Assembly: GCA_963735035.1 (NCBI GenBank)
Contig: CAVTJJ010000004.1
Span: forward strand, 64,001-128,000
Length of the DNA stretch: 64,000 nucleotides
Reading direction: 5' to 3'
Source of the DNA: an uncultured candidate division Zixibacteria bacterium
Lineage (GTDB): Bacteria; Zixibacteria; MSB-5A5; GN15; FEB-12
Under the pieces are notes generated by a model. That model ran no database searches, was not told where the DNA came from, and saw only the letters and a list, made by a program, of their open reading frames with translations. The translations under genes and the position numbers were made by a program. How positions within the stretch are numbered: the stretch's first letter is position 1; the number at the start of each line of letters is the position of its first letter. This document shows positions 20,139 to 31,155 of this stretch, one piece after another.

Positions 20139-21149
20139 CTAACTCTTGGAAGCTTTATTGATTTCTTCTTCGAACCGGGCCGCAACTTCATCCAGTTCCT
20201 TGGCCAGCTTGTCCGGCGAGAGGGGTGTCTTGGAACTGTCTGACATACCGAACCCTTTAGCTTGGCGGTGTAACGCAGCGAATTTATCGGTGGCGTGCTT
20301 GTGGTTGACATCGCCGTTCTTTGCGATAAATCCCGGCGGGATTTCGTCGGCGAGAGAGTTGGTTTCAACGACCTCATTAGCACCCGAAGTGCCGTTCATG
20401 TTTGTTGCGGATTTGTCGAACACCTTGCGGGCAGCCGCCCGCTTGTAGCTTTCCAGCGCTGCGGCCAGTTCCGGGTCGATTGAATCGCCGCTGGTCTGGT
20501 CCTGACCCTGATCCTGTATGACATCTTTCAGTTTCGCCGCCAAATGATCGTCCACCCGCCCGGTGTCGCCGTTTTCGACTTCGTTGTCGACATCTTCGAA
20601 AGCGTCTTCGGTCGACTGATAGGCTGACTCTTCCTGTTCGGAATCAACATCGGTCGAATGGGTGACGTCGAGGTCTTCATCGTGCTCGTTCGAAACGACC
20701 GCGCCGGAATCGACGTCGTCGATCAGATCGAGATGTGACTGAATCAGGCTGCGGATCTTAGTCAGATACGATTTCTTGGTCAGACCCATCCGGGTTATCT
20801 TGGCTTCGATCTCGGAGATCTCTCTCGTGCGGTTGACCACGATCGACTCGGCTTCCTGTCTCGCCTTGGCCAGAAACACTTCCGCTTCCTGCTTGGCGTT
20901 GGTCATGGTCAGGTCGGCGTTGCGGCGGGCGTCGATGGCGGCGTTCTTGATCGTATCCTCGAACTGCTTCAGGCTGGTCACCTGAGAGCGCAGCGATTCG
21001 TTTTCAATCGTCAGCTTGAGGTTGGCCTGCTTGACTTCGTCCAGCGCGGCCGCTACCTGATTAATGAAGCTGTCTACTTCGGCCTTGTCGTATCCGCGCA
21101 TCTGGTTGCGGAACTCGTAGCTGCGGACATCGTTGGGTGAAAGATCCAT
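20139..21149 (-). CDS. divIVA: DivIVA-domain protein with long acidic C-terminal extension
   Basis: MDLSPNDVRSYEFRNQMRGYDKAEVDSFI plus coiled coil; yggS-divIVA-punA-ileS neighbourhood. Confidence 0.88.
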   Translation of the reverse strand: MDLSPNDVRSYEFRNQMRGYDKAEVDSFINQVAAALDEVKQANLKLTIENESLRSQVTSLKQFEDTIKNAAIDARRNADLTMTNAKQEAEVFLAKARQEAESIVVNRTREISEIEAKITRMGLTKKSYLTKIRSLIQSHLDLIDDVDSGAVVSNEHDEDLDVTHSTDVDSEQEESAYQSTEDAFEDVDNEVENGDTGRVDDHLAAKLKDVIQDQGQDQTSGDSIDPELAAALESYKRAAARKVFDKSATNMNGTSGANEVVETNSLADEIPPGFIAKNGDVNHKHATDKFAALHRQAKGFGMSDSSKTPLSPDKLAKELDEVAARFEEEINKASKS

Positions 21150-21243
21150 GTCAACCCACCTGATAACTGGTTTCCAATTGCGGCTCCGGCTCAAAGCGAC
21201 AGGCGCTTTCAGACCGGTGCCGTTTCAAAACGGTACAATGTTG

Positions 21244-21271
21244 TTATCGGAATTTCCGCCCGGAAAACTTA
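21244..21271 (-). promoter_or_regulatory. Sigma-28-like promoter upstream of divIVA
   Basis: Minus strand TAAG-N16-TCCGATAA. Confidence 0.5.
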
Positions 21272-21716
21272 GGGGTTTTTGAGGGGGAAGAGCCTTGCCC
21301 GGGAGGGCCGAGTTCAGGTAGGGCGGGTTTGCTTGGCCAGTTCATGCTTGTACGGATATCAACGCGGGCCGCAAGGCCCGTCATGCCCGAGTAGTCGGGC
21401 ACCCATGGCTACACGCGATGGCAGAATTGTTACCGCTGGATAGGAGGCGGGGATTTCGATTGGAACGTTCTTTCTTCCCAAGTATAATTTCGGCAGACAC
21501 CCCCTACCGGAAGCTTAGCCTGATCAAGCTTTTCAACCTCCAGTGGAGCAATCGATATCTGAACATCGTCGACGATCATGGGCCCCCGACGCCTCGGGGG
21601 TGACGGAGATAGGCGTTTTGTGGTTGGCGAACGTCCTCGTGCGCCAACGAGATCGTGGAGGACGGTGACCTCCGATCAGGTGGGGGGCAGGCTCCACCAC
21701 GCACGTCCGAATCACC

Positions 21717-22406
21717 TTAATTCGCCCGGCTGCCGAAAAGCGCCGTGCCGATCCTGATCATGGTCGACCCCTCGGCTATCGCCTCAGGAAAATCGTCGGA
21801 CATACCCATCGACAACGTGTTGAATCCATCGCCGACGTTATCCTTCCCGCGCTCGAAAAGCTCGCGGCAGGTCCGAAAAGCGGCCCGAACCTGCTCCGGA
21901 TCGTCAGTCAACGGTCCAACCGTCATCAGGCCTACCAATCGAAGGGACGGCAGGTCCTGAGTCTCACGGATCAGGTCGGCCGTTTCCCCCGGCGTCACGC
22001 CGCTTTTGCTCGCCTCGCCCGAGCTGTTGACTTCGATCAGACATTCTATCGTTCGCCCGATCTCCCCCGCGCGCCGGCTGATTTCTTCGGCCAGTTTCAG
22101 CGAATCCACCGACTGGATGACATCGAACAGCGCGACCGCTTTGCGGACTTTGTTGGACTGAAGGTGCCCGATAAGGTGAAACCGGGCAATCGGTCCAAGC
22201 GAGGTGATTTTCGGCTCGGCTTCCTGAATCTTGCTCTCGCCGATATCATGTAGCTCGTGCGCGACGGCTTCTTTAATAGTCAACGCGGGGTGGGTCTTGG
22301 TCACCGCTACAATCGTAATCTCGTCGGGATTGCGATTGCAGAGCGCACAGGCTTCGGCAATCCTCCGGCGAAGTTCTATCAGGTTATGGGCAAGGTCGTT
22401 ATTCAT
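21717..22406 (-). CDS. yggS: PLP homeostasis protein YggS/PROSC
   Basis: VAVTKTH, HLIGHLQSNK, GLMT, LSMGMSDDF..AIAEGSTMIRIGTALFG. Confidence 0.95.
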   Translation of the reverse strand: MNNDLAHNLIELRRRIAEACALCNRNPDEITIVAVTKTHPALTIKEAVAHELHDIGESKIQEAEPKITSLGPIARFHLIGHLQSNKVRKAVALFDVIQSVDSLKLAEEISRRAGEIGRTIECLIEVNSSGEASKSGVTPGETADLIRETQDLPSLRLVGLMTVGPLTDDPEQVRAAFRTCRELFERGKDNVGDGFNTLSMGMSDDFPEAIAEGSTMIRIGTALFGSRAN

Positions 22407-22587
22407 GGCTTTGGGTATTAAGCTACCCCTGACACAACTGAGCAAGGGAAAAGGAGTCTGGTGCGTTTCAGGATGTCCCGACTGCTATCTCCCACACTTG
22501 ACAACTCCGACTAATTGCGTAGTTTTACGACTTCGGGAACGACCAGGAACGCGCTCCCGAAAATTGAACCGAACCAAAGGACCATCT

Positions 22588-23073
22588 ATGTCGCCCGTTA
22601 GCAGAGAAACCCTCAAAGCCCTGACCACCGGCATCAATTCCGAAATCGCCAGCTACGTGTTCTATCTCGAAGCTTCCAAAATGAAGGCCGCCTCCAAGAT
22701 CAAATCGATTCTCGAAGAATTGGCCCTCGAGGAGAAGAAACACTTTCAGGTGCTGGAACGTCAGCACAATTCGCTTATCAAGAGTGAACAGTGGATTTCG
22801 ATTGCCGATGTGCTCAAGTCGAAAGATCTGCCGGAAATCAGCGAAGACATGAGTTCGGTTCACCGTCAGCTCATCGACGAAGTCCGTAAGACCAGCTCGA
22901 TTGGCGCCATTCTCGATATCGCCTATCGGCTGGAAGTGGAAGCCTTCGAGCTGTTTACCGCGCAGGAAAAGAAGTCCGAGAGCGACGAAGGCCGCCAGAT
23001 CTTCCGCGAACTGGCCAAGTTCGAACAGGGCCACATGCGCAAGATCGAGGACATGCGCAAGCAGCACGCGTGA
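22588..23073 (+). CDS. Rubrerythrin/ferritin-like protein
   Basis: E..SYVFY, LALEEKKH, LAKFEQGH di-iron pattern; RBS AAGGA. Confidence 0.85.
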   Translation: MSPVSRETLKALTTGINSEIASYVFYLEASKMKAASKIKSILEELALEEKKHFQVLERQHNSLIKSEQWISIADVLKSKDLPEISEDMSSVHRQLIDEVRKTSSIGAILDIAYRLEVEAFELFTAQEKKSESDEGRQIFRELAKFEQGHMRKIEDMRKQHA

Positions 23074-23345
23074 ACGCCTGGCACCCTGGAAGTTCTTAGC
23101 AGTCGTAATGGGGTAGACAAGGTTGTGTCAGTTCCTGCGCCCCCGATTCCCATCGGGGGCGTGTGAACTGACACCGTTCGATGAGATTGAAACACAGTGT
23201 CAGGTCACATCCCTGGCCCACCTCCGGTGAGCCAGGGACAGGACCTGACACAACCTTCCAACACGAACGAATTCCCAATACAAGCACAAGCGGGCATCAT
23301 TCTTTTTGTTGAGCCCCGCCGCCCCTGAGAGTATAACAGTCTGTC

Positions 23346-24500
23346 ATGAACGCCCGGAATCTGTTAAGCTGGATTGAGTTGTCACGGACCGCCTTGGACC
23401 AAAACGTCCGAAGCCTGGCCCGTCTCGCTGGGCGGCGCAAGATTGCGGTCTCGGTAAAGTCCAACGCTTACGGTCACGGTCTCGCAGACATTATCCCTTA
23501 CCTGAGCGAACGTCCCGAAATCGCTTATGTGACGGTACATTCCCTCGAAGAAGCGGTCTGCTGTCGCGAGTTCGGCTGGGATCGGCGCATCATGGTGCTC
23601 GGTCCGATTTCGCTCGGCGACCTTGAGGCGGTGCTCCAATACGATCTCGAACCGGTGGTATTCAACCGCGAGACTGTCGCGACCCTCGGGAAATTGGCCG
23701 ACCGGCACGAGATTGCGGTCAGGACTCATCTGAAGCTGGAGACCGGGACGAATCGTCAGGGGGTGACCGAAAAGAATCTGGGTCCAATTGCGACTGTTTT
23801 CAAGAGGCATGCCTATCTGAAAAAACCATACGGCGCCAGCATGCATTTCGCCAATATTGAGGATACCACCAACCACGAATACGCCCAGCACCAGTTGGAT
23901 CGTTTCAACCGGATGACGGCTCGTATGAAAGCGCTGGGTATCCCTCCGACGATCCGTCACACCGCCTCGTCGGCCGCACTGATACTGTTTGCAAAAACCA
24001 AGTTCGACCTGGTACGCCCAGGGATAGCCTTCTACGGCCATTGGCCGTCGAAAGAAACATATCTGAGTTACCGACTCGCGGGAGGACGTGATAATATCCT
24101 TAAGCCGGTCCTTAGCTGGCACACTCGGGTCGGCCAAATCAAAGACATCCCGGCCGATTCGTTTATCGGATATGGCTGCACCTATCGCACCACTACCAAA
24201 ACGCGACTGGCCGTGCTGCCGATAGGTTACGCCGACGGTTACGACCGATCCTTGTCAAACCTCGCCTATGTGCTCGTGAAGGGACGGCGGGCCCCGGTCC
24301 GAGGCAGGATCTGCATGAACCTGGCCATGATCGATGTGACCGATACCCCGGGTGTGCGCCTCGAGGATCAGGTGACGCTCATCGGGAACCAGAAAAAAGA
24401 CTCGATCAGCGCCGAGCAACTGGCTTCGTGGGCCGCAACTATCAATTATGAAGTGCTGGCGCGCCTGTCACCTTTCATGCCGCGTATAATGACTAAATAG
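23346..24500 (+). CDS. alr: Alanine racemase
   Basis: VKSNAYGHG, HLKLETGTNRQG, VRPGI, IGYADG, GRICMN, TINYE. Confidence 0.95.
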   Translation: MNARNLLSWIELSRTALDQNVRSLARLAGRRKIAVSVKSNAYGHGLADIIPYLSERPEIAYVTVHSLEEAVCCREFGWDRRIMVLGPISLGDLEAVLQYDLEPVVFNRETVATLGKLADRHEIAVRTHLKLETGTNRQGVTEKNLGPIATVFKRHAYLKKPYGASMHFANIEDTTNHEYAQHQLDRFNRMTARMKALGIPPTIRHTASSAALILFAKTKFDLVRPGIAFYGHWPSKETYLSYRLAGGRDNILKPVLSWHTRVGQIKDIPADSFIGYGCTYRTTTKTRLAVLPIGYADGYDRSLSNLAYVLVKGRRAPVRGRICMNLAMIDVTDTPGVRLEDQVTLIGNQKKDSISAEQLASWAATINYEVLARLSPFMPRIMTK

Positions 24501-24629
24501 TTGGTATTTAATGCATTACGACCCCTCGCCTATTGTTTGACGCGCGGGACGAGATTGTGAACAGTGGAACCTTGCTTGAGATTGTTACCGATTTCACTTG
24601 ACACTCCCTGCCCAAAAGGTGTTTATTTC

Positions 24630-24647
24630 TTGTGAACCTTTTCACAT
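24630..24647. promoter_or_regulatory. Rex operator (ROP) upstream of rex
   Basis: TTGTGAACCTTTTCACAT vs consensus TTGTGAA-N4-TTCACAA; just downstream of TTGACA (24598-24603). Confidence 0.85.
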
Positions 24648-24698
24648 GCGGAGTTATTTGTCTATAACAGGCGGCCAGTGAGCGGACAGAGACAGTAA

Positions 24699-25358
24699 AT
24701 GATCGGCAGAACTCGTAAACGCATATCCGAATCCACGATTCGTCGGCTCTCTATCTACCTCCGGGCCCTTTCGGTCCTTGAAAAGGAAGGGACCAGTACT
24801 GTTTCGTCAAAAGAGCTGGCTCACCGGGAGAAACTCACTCCGGCGCAAGTGCGGAAAGATCTCTCGTTCTTTGGCTCGTTCGGTACGCGCGGCCTTGGTT
24901 ACCCGGTGTCGGAGCTTCGGGAACAGATTTCATCGATTCTTGGCATTGATCGCGCCTGGAGGGTGGGACTTTTCGGGGTAGGGAATATCGGTTCGGCGCT
25001 GGTCAGCTATAAGGAATTCGCCCGCCAGGGTTTTCACATCGTCAAGTTGTTCGACAACGATCAGCGGAAGATCGGCTCCAATCACAAAGGGATTACCATC
25101 TCGGATATCAACAACATGGGGCCCGAAATCAAAGAAGCCGGCATAGAGATGGCGGTCGTTGCCGTCCCAGCCACGGTGGCCCAATACATCGTTGACGATA
25201 TTGTCGCGGCCGGCGTCAAGGCGATCCTCAATTTCGCGCCCGTCAATCTTCGAGTACCCGAGGACGTATATCTTCGAAATGAAAACATGTCGATGGAACT
25301 CGAGTACCTATCGTTCGCTCTCGTGAATCATCACATGGAGAAGCGGCCGAAGATCTGA
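24699..25358 (+). CDS. rex: Redox-sensing transcriptional repressor Rex
   Basis: TIRRLSIYLR, QVRKDLSFFG.FGTRGLGY, GVGNIG, ILNFAP. Confidence 0.96.
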   Translation: MIGRTRKRISESTIRRLSIYLRALSVLEKEGTSTVSSKELAHREKLTPAQVRKDLSFFGSFGTRGLGYPVSELREQISSILGIDRAWRVGLFGVGNIGSALVSYKEFARQGFHIVKLFDNDQRKIGSNHKGITISDINNMGPEIKEAGIEMAVVAVPATVAQYIVDDIVAAGVKAILNFAPVNLRVPEDVYLRNENMSMELEYLSFALVNHHMEKRPKI

Positions 25359-25586
25359 CAATCAATCAGAGACGCTTTCCTTTTCGGCCCGCCCTTGCGG
25401 GTTTTTTTGTGCCTACAAGTTGAGCCCGCTGGGCGAGTGGGCATCGCCCCTATACCTATCGGCTCTCCCCTACTATCCGCCGTCGAATATCGTTTTCTAT
25501 CCCACAATGCAACAACACGTTACATGGTCGGCACGACACTTGAGGTCTTTCTGGACGGCAACGTTTACCGAAAGACGGGAGTCAAA

Positions 25587-26150
25587 ATGAAGCCAACCTC
25601 CGCTCTTGTGTTGATTGCCCTGCTGGCCTTGGTGATGCCGGTTTGGGCCGCTGATCCCCCCCCGGCGGCCGTTAACGACGATACCGGCCCGTGGCGGGAG
25701 TATTCTATTGAAGGTGCTCTGACCGAGTTGGAAGTCGATTACGGTCTCTGGCTCGAAACGTCGCTGTCGGGGGTTCAGCCTGAAGTTGACCGGCTCGAGA
25801 AGGCAATGTTGGGACTGGTGAATTATGACATTTATGTCAGCCAGGAGAACGTGCGCTCCCTGGCTAAGGCGGCCGCGGTGAAATCGTGGCAAGTGAAGCA
25901 GGATAGCGTGTCGCAACAAACCGACGAGGCCATGGATCTCCAAATAGCTATCAAGAGTTTGAATGCGAAGGAATCGCTTTACCGGTCTATCAATAAGACC
26001 AAGGCTTTCAGCAACAAGTATCGTCTGCTGGGAGATTACATCAATCTCCTGCGCCGGGAACTGGAGCTGCCGCGTTTGAAACTCGCGACGGAGAAAGTGA
26101 CGAGCCCCTCGCCGAGTAATATTGGCTCGAGCGTTCCGAAACAAAATTAG
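25587..26150 (+). CDS. Hypothetical secreted protein
   Basis: RBS GGGAG, signal peptide MKPTSALVLIALLALVMPVWA, helical body. Confidence 0.7.
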   Translation: MKPTSALVLIALLALVMPVWAADPPPAAVNDDTGPWREYSIEGALTELEVDYGLWLETSLSGVQPEVDRLEKAMLGLVNYDIYVSQENVRSLAKAAAVKSWQVKQDSVSQQTDEAMDLQIAIKSLNAKESLYRSINKTKAFSNKYRLLGDYINLLRRELELPRLKLATEKVTSPSPSNIGSSVPKQN

Positions 26151-26238
26151 CCCTGAGTCACCCTTCTCCTTGTTTGGTTTGGCTCCCTCCCTGAAGACGC
26201 CGCTGCCGGGATTTGGCAGCGGCGTCGAATAAGAATTC

Positions 26239-26267
26239 TTGACACACCCACACACCTTCATCATATT
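26239..26267 (+). promoter_or_regulatory. Sigma-70-type promoter
   Basis: TTGACA-17 nt-CATATT. Confidence 0.6.
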
Positions 26268-26302
26268 ACTTCCAAGGAAAATTACATATACCCAGTAGCA
26301 CG

Positions 26303-26459
26303 ATGGGATGGACTGATCGCCTGATCTTGGCGTAACCGCCAGTATCGGATCAGTCTCAGAAACGTTATCAGCAGCGTTCGGAACGCTAGTTCTGAAGGTA
26401 TGCGAGCCGAACCGACTGACAACAGCGAATCTGGTTCATCAAAGGATCAGCCATCCTAT
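26303..26459 (+). ncRNA. Candidate structured RNA (~157 nt), family unassigned
   Basis: Closing stem ATGGGATGG(A)CTGATC / GATCAGCCATCCTAT encloses three hairpins; promoter upstream; no long ORF. Confidence 0.55.
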
Positions 26460-26622
26460 AGCGTATGGTGGTGCGGTGGGTGGTTAAGCTTGGGTTCTTC
26501 ATAGCTGCGTGGGCTCTGAACAGTGGGATTGGCTGCGAAGTTTTGTGTAGAAATACTCAATTTGATTGCGAAAACCAGGAGATGACTATGAATTGGTTGG
26601 TCGAGCCATTTGACGAGAGGCA

Positions 26623-27357
26623 ATGGAGGAACAAATGACATCAAGAACAACTCGCATTATGTTGGTGGTGTTTGGCGTTTTGGCATACGCAATCTTGGCT
26701 CGCTTCATCCATGTCCGATTTGTCATGTCAACAAACGCAATTGGCGTCACGTCGTCGGATTACTATCTCTTATCTGCGTATGTCGTCTTGTCCGGAGTGT
26801 TATTGGCATACGTTTACAGGAGTGTTGTTGCCAACCGGCTCAACGCACAGGACTGGGGGCTTTCGCTTTCAGGGAGAGCCTGGTTCAGTATCCCGATTCT
26901 CGCCGTAATCCTGGGTGCAGAGTTGTGGGGGCGCAAGACCCAGCTGTCGGTATCGTATTCAGAGGCAATTCTGGCGACGCTATTTCTACTCACGAGTTCG
27001 ATCTTTCTCCGAGCATTCTTGATGCGGTTGATTAGTGAACAATTTCGCCGGAACAAAGTTGTCCCTTGGATTGCCACGATTGTCACAGGGCTCCTATTCA
27101 CTCTGGTACATCGCAATGAGCATGCTACAGTGCTGGCGGATATTGTGTCGAACTGCTTGAGTTCATCGTTTATTCTTACTACCGGAAGTGTGCTGGCCGC
27201 TTTCGTCTATGATGCAGTTCGACTACTGAATCCTCCCATAGAGCAAGCCATTTTCTTGATCCCTCTCTCGGGAATAGTTCTCTACGTGGTTGTGGCAGGG
27301 TTGGCACGCTTTGCAGAACGCAAATCTGGTGACCGACAAAACCGAGGGGAAGCGTGA
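26623..27357 (+). CDS. CPBP/Abi (CAAX protease-like) membrane protein, degenerate
   Basis: DWGLS, IFLRAFL, LLFTLVH in a multi-TM protein; the EExxxR glutamates are absent. Confidence 0.6.
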   Translation: MEEQMTSRTTRIMLVVFGVLAYAILARFIHVRFVMSTNAIGVTSSDYYLLSAYVVLSGVLLAYVYRSVVANRLNAQDWGLSLSGRAWFSIPILAVILGAELWGRKTQLSVSYSEAILATLFLLTSSIFLRAFLMRLISEQFRRNKVVPWIATIVTGLLFTLVHRNEHATVLADIVSNCLSSSFILTTGSVLAAFVYDAVRLLNPPIEQAIFLIPLSGIVLYVVVAGLARFAERKSGDRQNRGEA

Positions 27358-27536
27358 CGGTGAGGGTCCAGCGCTCTTCCGGGTGTTCACATGTTCTCCG
27401 ACCCCAGTGAAATCTTAACTCTCCTCGGCCCAACGGGGCTGGGAAAACCACCCTGCAGCACATTATTTCGGGGCTAATTTTGCCGCAGTCCGGATAACCC
27501 ATCTGCCGATGAGCAGCCGTTCAATTATTCCCCAAT

Positions 27537-30392
27537 TCACTTCAGCACCTGCTTCAGATACTGCCCCGTGTATGACCGGCCGACTTTCGTCAGTTCTTCC
27601 GGTGTGCCCGCCGCAATGATCTGCCCGCCCTCGTCGCCTCCCTCAGGACCGATATCAATCACCCAATCAGCCGTCTTGATCACGTCCATGTTGTGCTCGA
27701 TCACCACGACCGTGTTCCCCCGCTCGACCAATTCATTGAGTACGGTCAGCAGCATGCGGATATCTTCGAAATGAAGCCCGGTGGTCGGCTCATCTAATAT
27801 GTAAAACGTCCGGCCGGTAGCCAGTTTGGACAACTCGGTGGCCAGTTTCACCCGCTGCGCCTCACCTCCCGAAAGTGTGGTCGCCTGCTGGCCGAGATGA
27901 ATGTATCCCAACCCAACGTTCTTTAGGGTGAGCAGCTTGCTCTTGATGCGAGGGATGTTCTCGAAAAATGTCAGCCCCTCGTCAATCGTCATGTCCAGCA
28001 CGTCCGCAATCGACTTTCCCTTGAACGTTACTTCCGATGTTTCCCGGTTGTAACGCTTCCCCTTGCAGACCTCGCAAGGCACGTAGACATCAGGAAGGAA
28101 ATGCATTTCGATCTTGATGATGCCGTCACCCTCGCACGCTTCACACCGTCCCCCTCGCACGTTGAAAGAAAATCGTCCGGGGCCATACCCACGCGCTTTG
28201 GACTCGGGCAGCGACGCATACAGATCGCGGATGTGCGTGAAGACACCGGTGTAGGTAGCAGGATTTGAACGCGGGGTGCGGCCAATCGGCGACTGATCGA
28301 TATCGATCACCTTGTCGATATGTTCGAGCCCCTCGATAGTTTCATACGGTAGCGGTGCCTGACGACTGCCATAGAAGTGCTTGGAGAGAATCGCATAGAG
28401 CGTTTCGTTGATCAGCGACGATTTGCCCGACCCCGACACGCCGGTTATTGCCACCAACACGCCCAACGGCACTTCCACGGTAACTTCTTTCAAATTGTTT
28501 CCAGTCGCGCCGGTGAGCTTGATCAGGTTGCCGTTCGGTTCACGGCGCTCTTTCGGCTTCTCTATCGACCGCGTTCCCGAAAGGTACTGCCCCGTGAGTG
28601 ACTTCTTATTGGCTTTGATATCATCCGGAGTGCCCGAGGCGACTATCTGGCCGCCATGGACACCTGCCCCCGGACCGAGGTCGACAACAAAATCGGCCCG
28701 CTCGATAGTCTCCCGATCATGTTCCACCACGAGGACCGTGTTCCCGATATCGCGCAGTTCGAGCAGCATATTGAGCAGCTTGCCGTTGTCGCGCTGGTGC
28801 AACCCGATCGAAGGTTCGTCCAATATGTAGAGTACACCCACCAGTCGTGATCCTATCTGTGTGGCCAGGCGAATTCGCTGGGCTTCGCCGCCGGAGAGAG
28901 TCGCCGCGGCTCGGCTCAATGTCAGATAGTCGAGCCCGACATCGCACAAGAAACCGAGGCGTTCACGAATTTCCTTCAATATCTGTCGCGCGATAGTCTG
29001 CTGGCGGGAGGTCAGCTTGATGTTCTTGAAGAACCCCGCAGCTTTCTTGATCGACATGTCGGTGACCGAGTCGATAGTCTCGCGATCTATGATCACCGCG
29101 AGGGCTTCGGGTCGAAGTCTCGCACCGTGACACGACGGGCACGGGCTCACCGACATATAATTCTCGATCCACGACCGCACGCCGCTCGATTCGGTTTGTT
29201 TGTAGCGCCGCTCCAGGTGAGGAATTACTCCCTCGAAAGGCGCTTCATATATACCCGAGGCCTTCCCCCGCGCCGAGGCGTGCTCGTACTCGATCTTTAT
29301 GTCTTTCCCCTTGGTGCCGTACAGGACCACTTCCTGCACATCTTTCGGCAGCTTGTTGAACGGGGTCGACAACTTGAATCCGAACGATGCCGCCAGTCCC
29401 TTGATCTGATACCGGTACCAGTTGGCCATCTCGGCGCCGCCCCAGGGATGTATGGCGCCCTCTGAAATCGACAGTTTTGTGTCCGGGACTACCAGGGAGC
29501 GCGTGATTTCCATCTTTTGTCCGAGGCCGTCACACACTTTGCAGGCGCCAAACGGCGAATTGAAGGAGAATAATCGAGGGGTTGGTTCTTCGTAGCTGAT
29601 ATTGCAGTTGAGACAGGCAAACTGCTCGGAGAAGAGAAGGTCCTGCTTATTGATGTTGATCAACACCGTGCCGTTAGACATCCGCAGCGCTGTCTCGACC
29701 GAATCCGCCAGGCGGTTTTTCGACGACGGTTTGACCACCAGCCGGTCAACCACCGCCTCGATCGTATGCTTCTTCTTCTTGTCCAACTCAGTCTCAGGAT
29801 CGGCCTCGACAACTTCGCCATCGATCCGGAGCCGCACAAACCCTTCGCGGATGATCTCCTGAATTATTTCCTTGTGTTCCCCCTTCTTGCCGCGCACGAG
29901 TGGTGCCAACACCATCAAGCGGGATCCTTCGGGGAAACTCAGCACCGAATCGACAATCTGCTCGACCGTCTGTTGCGTGATAGGCTGGCCGCACTGGACA
30001 CAGTGTGGGATGCCGATCCGGGCGAACAGGAGCCGCAGGTAGTCGTAGATTTCGGTGATCGTGCCGACCGTCGAGCGGGGGTTCTTGGGTGTCCCTTTCT
30101 GCTCGATTGAGATCGCCGGCGAGAGCCCTTCGATAAAATCCACGTCCGGCTTTTCCATCAGGCCGAGGAACTGACGGGCATAGGCCGAAAGCGACTCGAC
30201 ATACCGTCGCTGACCTTCGGCATAGATTGTATCAAACGCCAGCGAACTCTTGCCGGAGCCGGACAGGCCGGTGATGACGGTCAGTCGGTTGCGGGGGATA
30301 CGAACTTCTATGTTCTTAAGGTTGTGCTCGCGCGCCCCCTTGACGTAGAGCTCTTCCTGGATTCGTTTATAGCGGGTGTCGTTATTGCTCAT
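27537..30392 (-). CDS. uvrA: Excinuclease ABC subunit A
   Basis: [18 protein letters not shown], two LSGGEAQR signatures, zinc fingers. Confidence 0.98.
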   Translation of the reverse strand: MSNNDTRYKRIQEELYVKGAREHNLKNIEVRIPRNRLTVITGLSGSGKSSLAFDTIYAEGQRRYVESLSAYARQFLGLMEKPDVDFIEGLSPAISIEQKGTPKNPRSTVGTITEIYDYLRLLFARIGIPHCVQCGQPITQQTVEQIVDSVLSFPEGSRLMVLAPLVRGKKGEHKEIIQEIIREGFVRLRIDGEVVEADPETELDKKKKHTIEAVVDRLVVKPSSKNRLADSVETALRMSNGTVLININKQDLLFSEQFACLNCNISYEEPTPRLFSFNSPFGACKVCDGLGQKMEITRSLVVPDTKLSISEGAIHPWGGAEMANWYRYQIKGLAASFGFKLSTPFNKLPKDVQEVVLYGTKGKDIKIEYEHASARGKASGIYEAPFEGVIPHLERRYKQTESSGVRSWIENYMSVSPCPSCHGARLRPEALAVIIDRETIDSVTDMSIKKAAGFFKNIKLTSRQQTIARQILKEIRERLGFLCDVGLDYLTLSRAAATLSGGEAQRIRLATQIGSRLVGVLYILDEPSIGLHQRDNGKLLNMLLELRDIGNTVLVVEHDRETIERADFVVDLGPGAGVHGGQIVASGTPDDIKANKKSLTGQYLSGTRSIEKPKERREPNGNLIKLTGATGNNLKEVTVEVPLGVLVAITGVSGSGKSSLINETLYAILSKHFYGSRQAPLPYETIEGLEHIDKVIDIDQSPIGRTPRSNPATYTGVFTHIRDLYASLPESKARGYGPGRFSFNVRGGRCEACEGDGIIKIEMHFLPDVYVPCEVCKGKRYNRETSEVTFKGKSIADVLDMTIDEGLTFFENIPRIKSKLLTLKNVGLGYIHLGQQATTLSGGEAQRVKLATELSKLATGRTFYILDEPTTGLHFEDIRMLLTVLNELVERGNTVVVIEHNMDVIKTADWVIDIGPEGGDEGGQIIAAGTPEELTKVGRSYTGQYLKQVLK

Positions 30393-30552
30393 AATCTCTT
30401 TCCGTAGGCCAACCCGAAATATAACTCCGTTTGGGTCTGGCGCAAAGGTCGAGCTTGGTTTTCTGTGTCACTTTTTGTCGCATAAGGAAAGAACGACCGT
30501 TGGAACCGAAAGCTGTTGACAATGTTCCGTAGGATAATTACTTGGACCCATT

Positions 30553-31155
30553 ATGCACGACCCGCACCAGGCCTTTTTCGACAATCTCGCCGCCGAGTGG
30601 GATCTCCGCTACACCGCCGAGGATATGGAACGCCTTCTCCACCTGGTTGGCCGCCTGCCGATTACCGCCGGGATGTCAATTCTCGACCTGGGGTGCGGTA
30701 CTGGTGTGTTATTCGATATGCTCCGCCGCCGGGTCGGGCCGCAGGGGCTGATTACCGGGGTCGATTTCTCTATCCGCATGGCGCAGCAGGCCCATCGGAA
30801 CTTCCCCTTCGCCAACGTAAACGTAATCGACGCCGACGCCTCCAGTCTGCCCTTTCACGATTCCTGCTACGATATGATTGTCTCATTTGCCGCCTTCCCG
30901 CATTTCATTCACAAAGACCTGGCTATCAAAGAGGCCGGGCGAGTGCTGAAAGCCGGTGCGCCGCTTTACATTATCCATTTGGCCTCGTCGAAGGAAATAG
31001 CGGCGTTCCATGAGCGAACGGGCGGGCCGATTGAACACGATACTTTGCCGTCGGCCAAGGACTTGCGGCTGCTGTTCACAGAAGCCGGTTTCGACAGCGT
31101 CGAGATTGAAGACCACCCCGGGCTGTTTCTAGCGTGCGCCGTTAACGCTAAATGA
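30553..31155 (+). CDS. Class I SAM-dependent methyltransferase
   Basis: ILDLGCGTG, GVDFS, DASSLPF, RVLKAG. Confidence 0.9.
   Translation: MHDPHQAFFDNLAAEWDLRYTAEDMERLLHLVGRLPITAGMSILDLGCGTGVLFDMLRRRVGPQGLITGVDFSIRMAQQAHRNFPFANVNVIDADASSLPFHDSCYDMIVSFAAFPHFIHKDLAIKEAGRVLKAGAPLYIIHLASSKEIAAFHERTGGPIEHDTLPSAKDLRLLFTEAGFDSVEIEDHPGLFLACAVNAK

Noticed and set aside
26303..26459. Retron msr-msd, SRP RNA or tmRNA
   Set aside because: No reverse transcriptase nearby, no SRP GGAA domain-IV motif and no tRNA-like ends.
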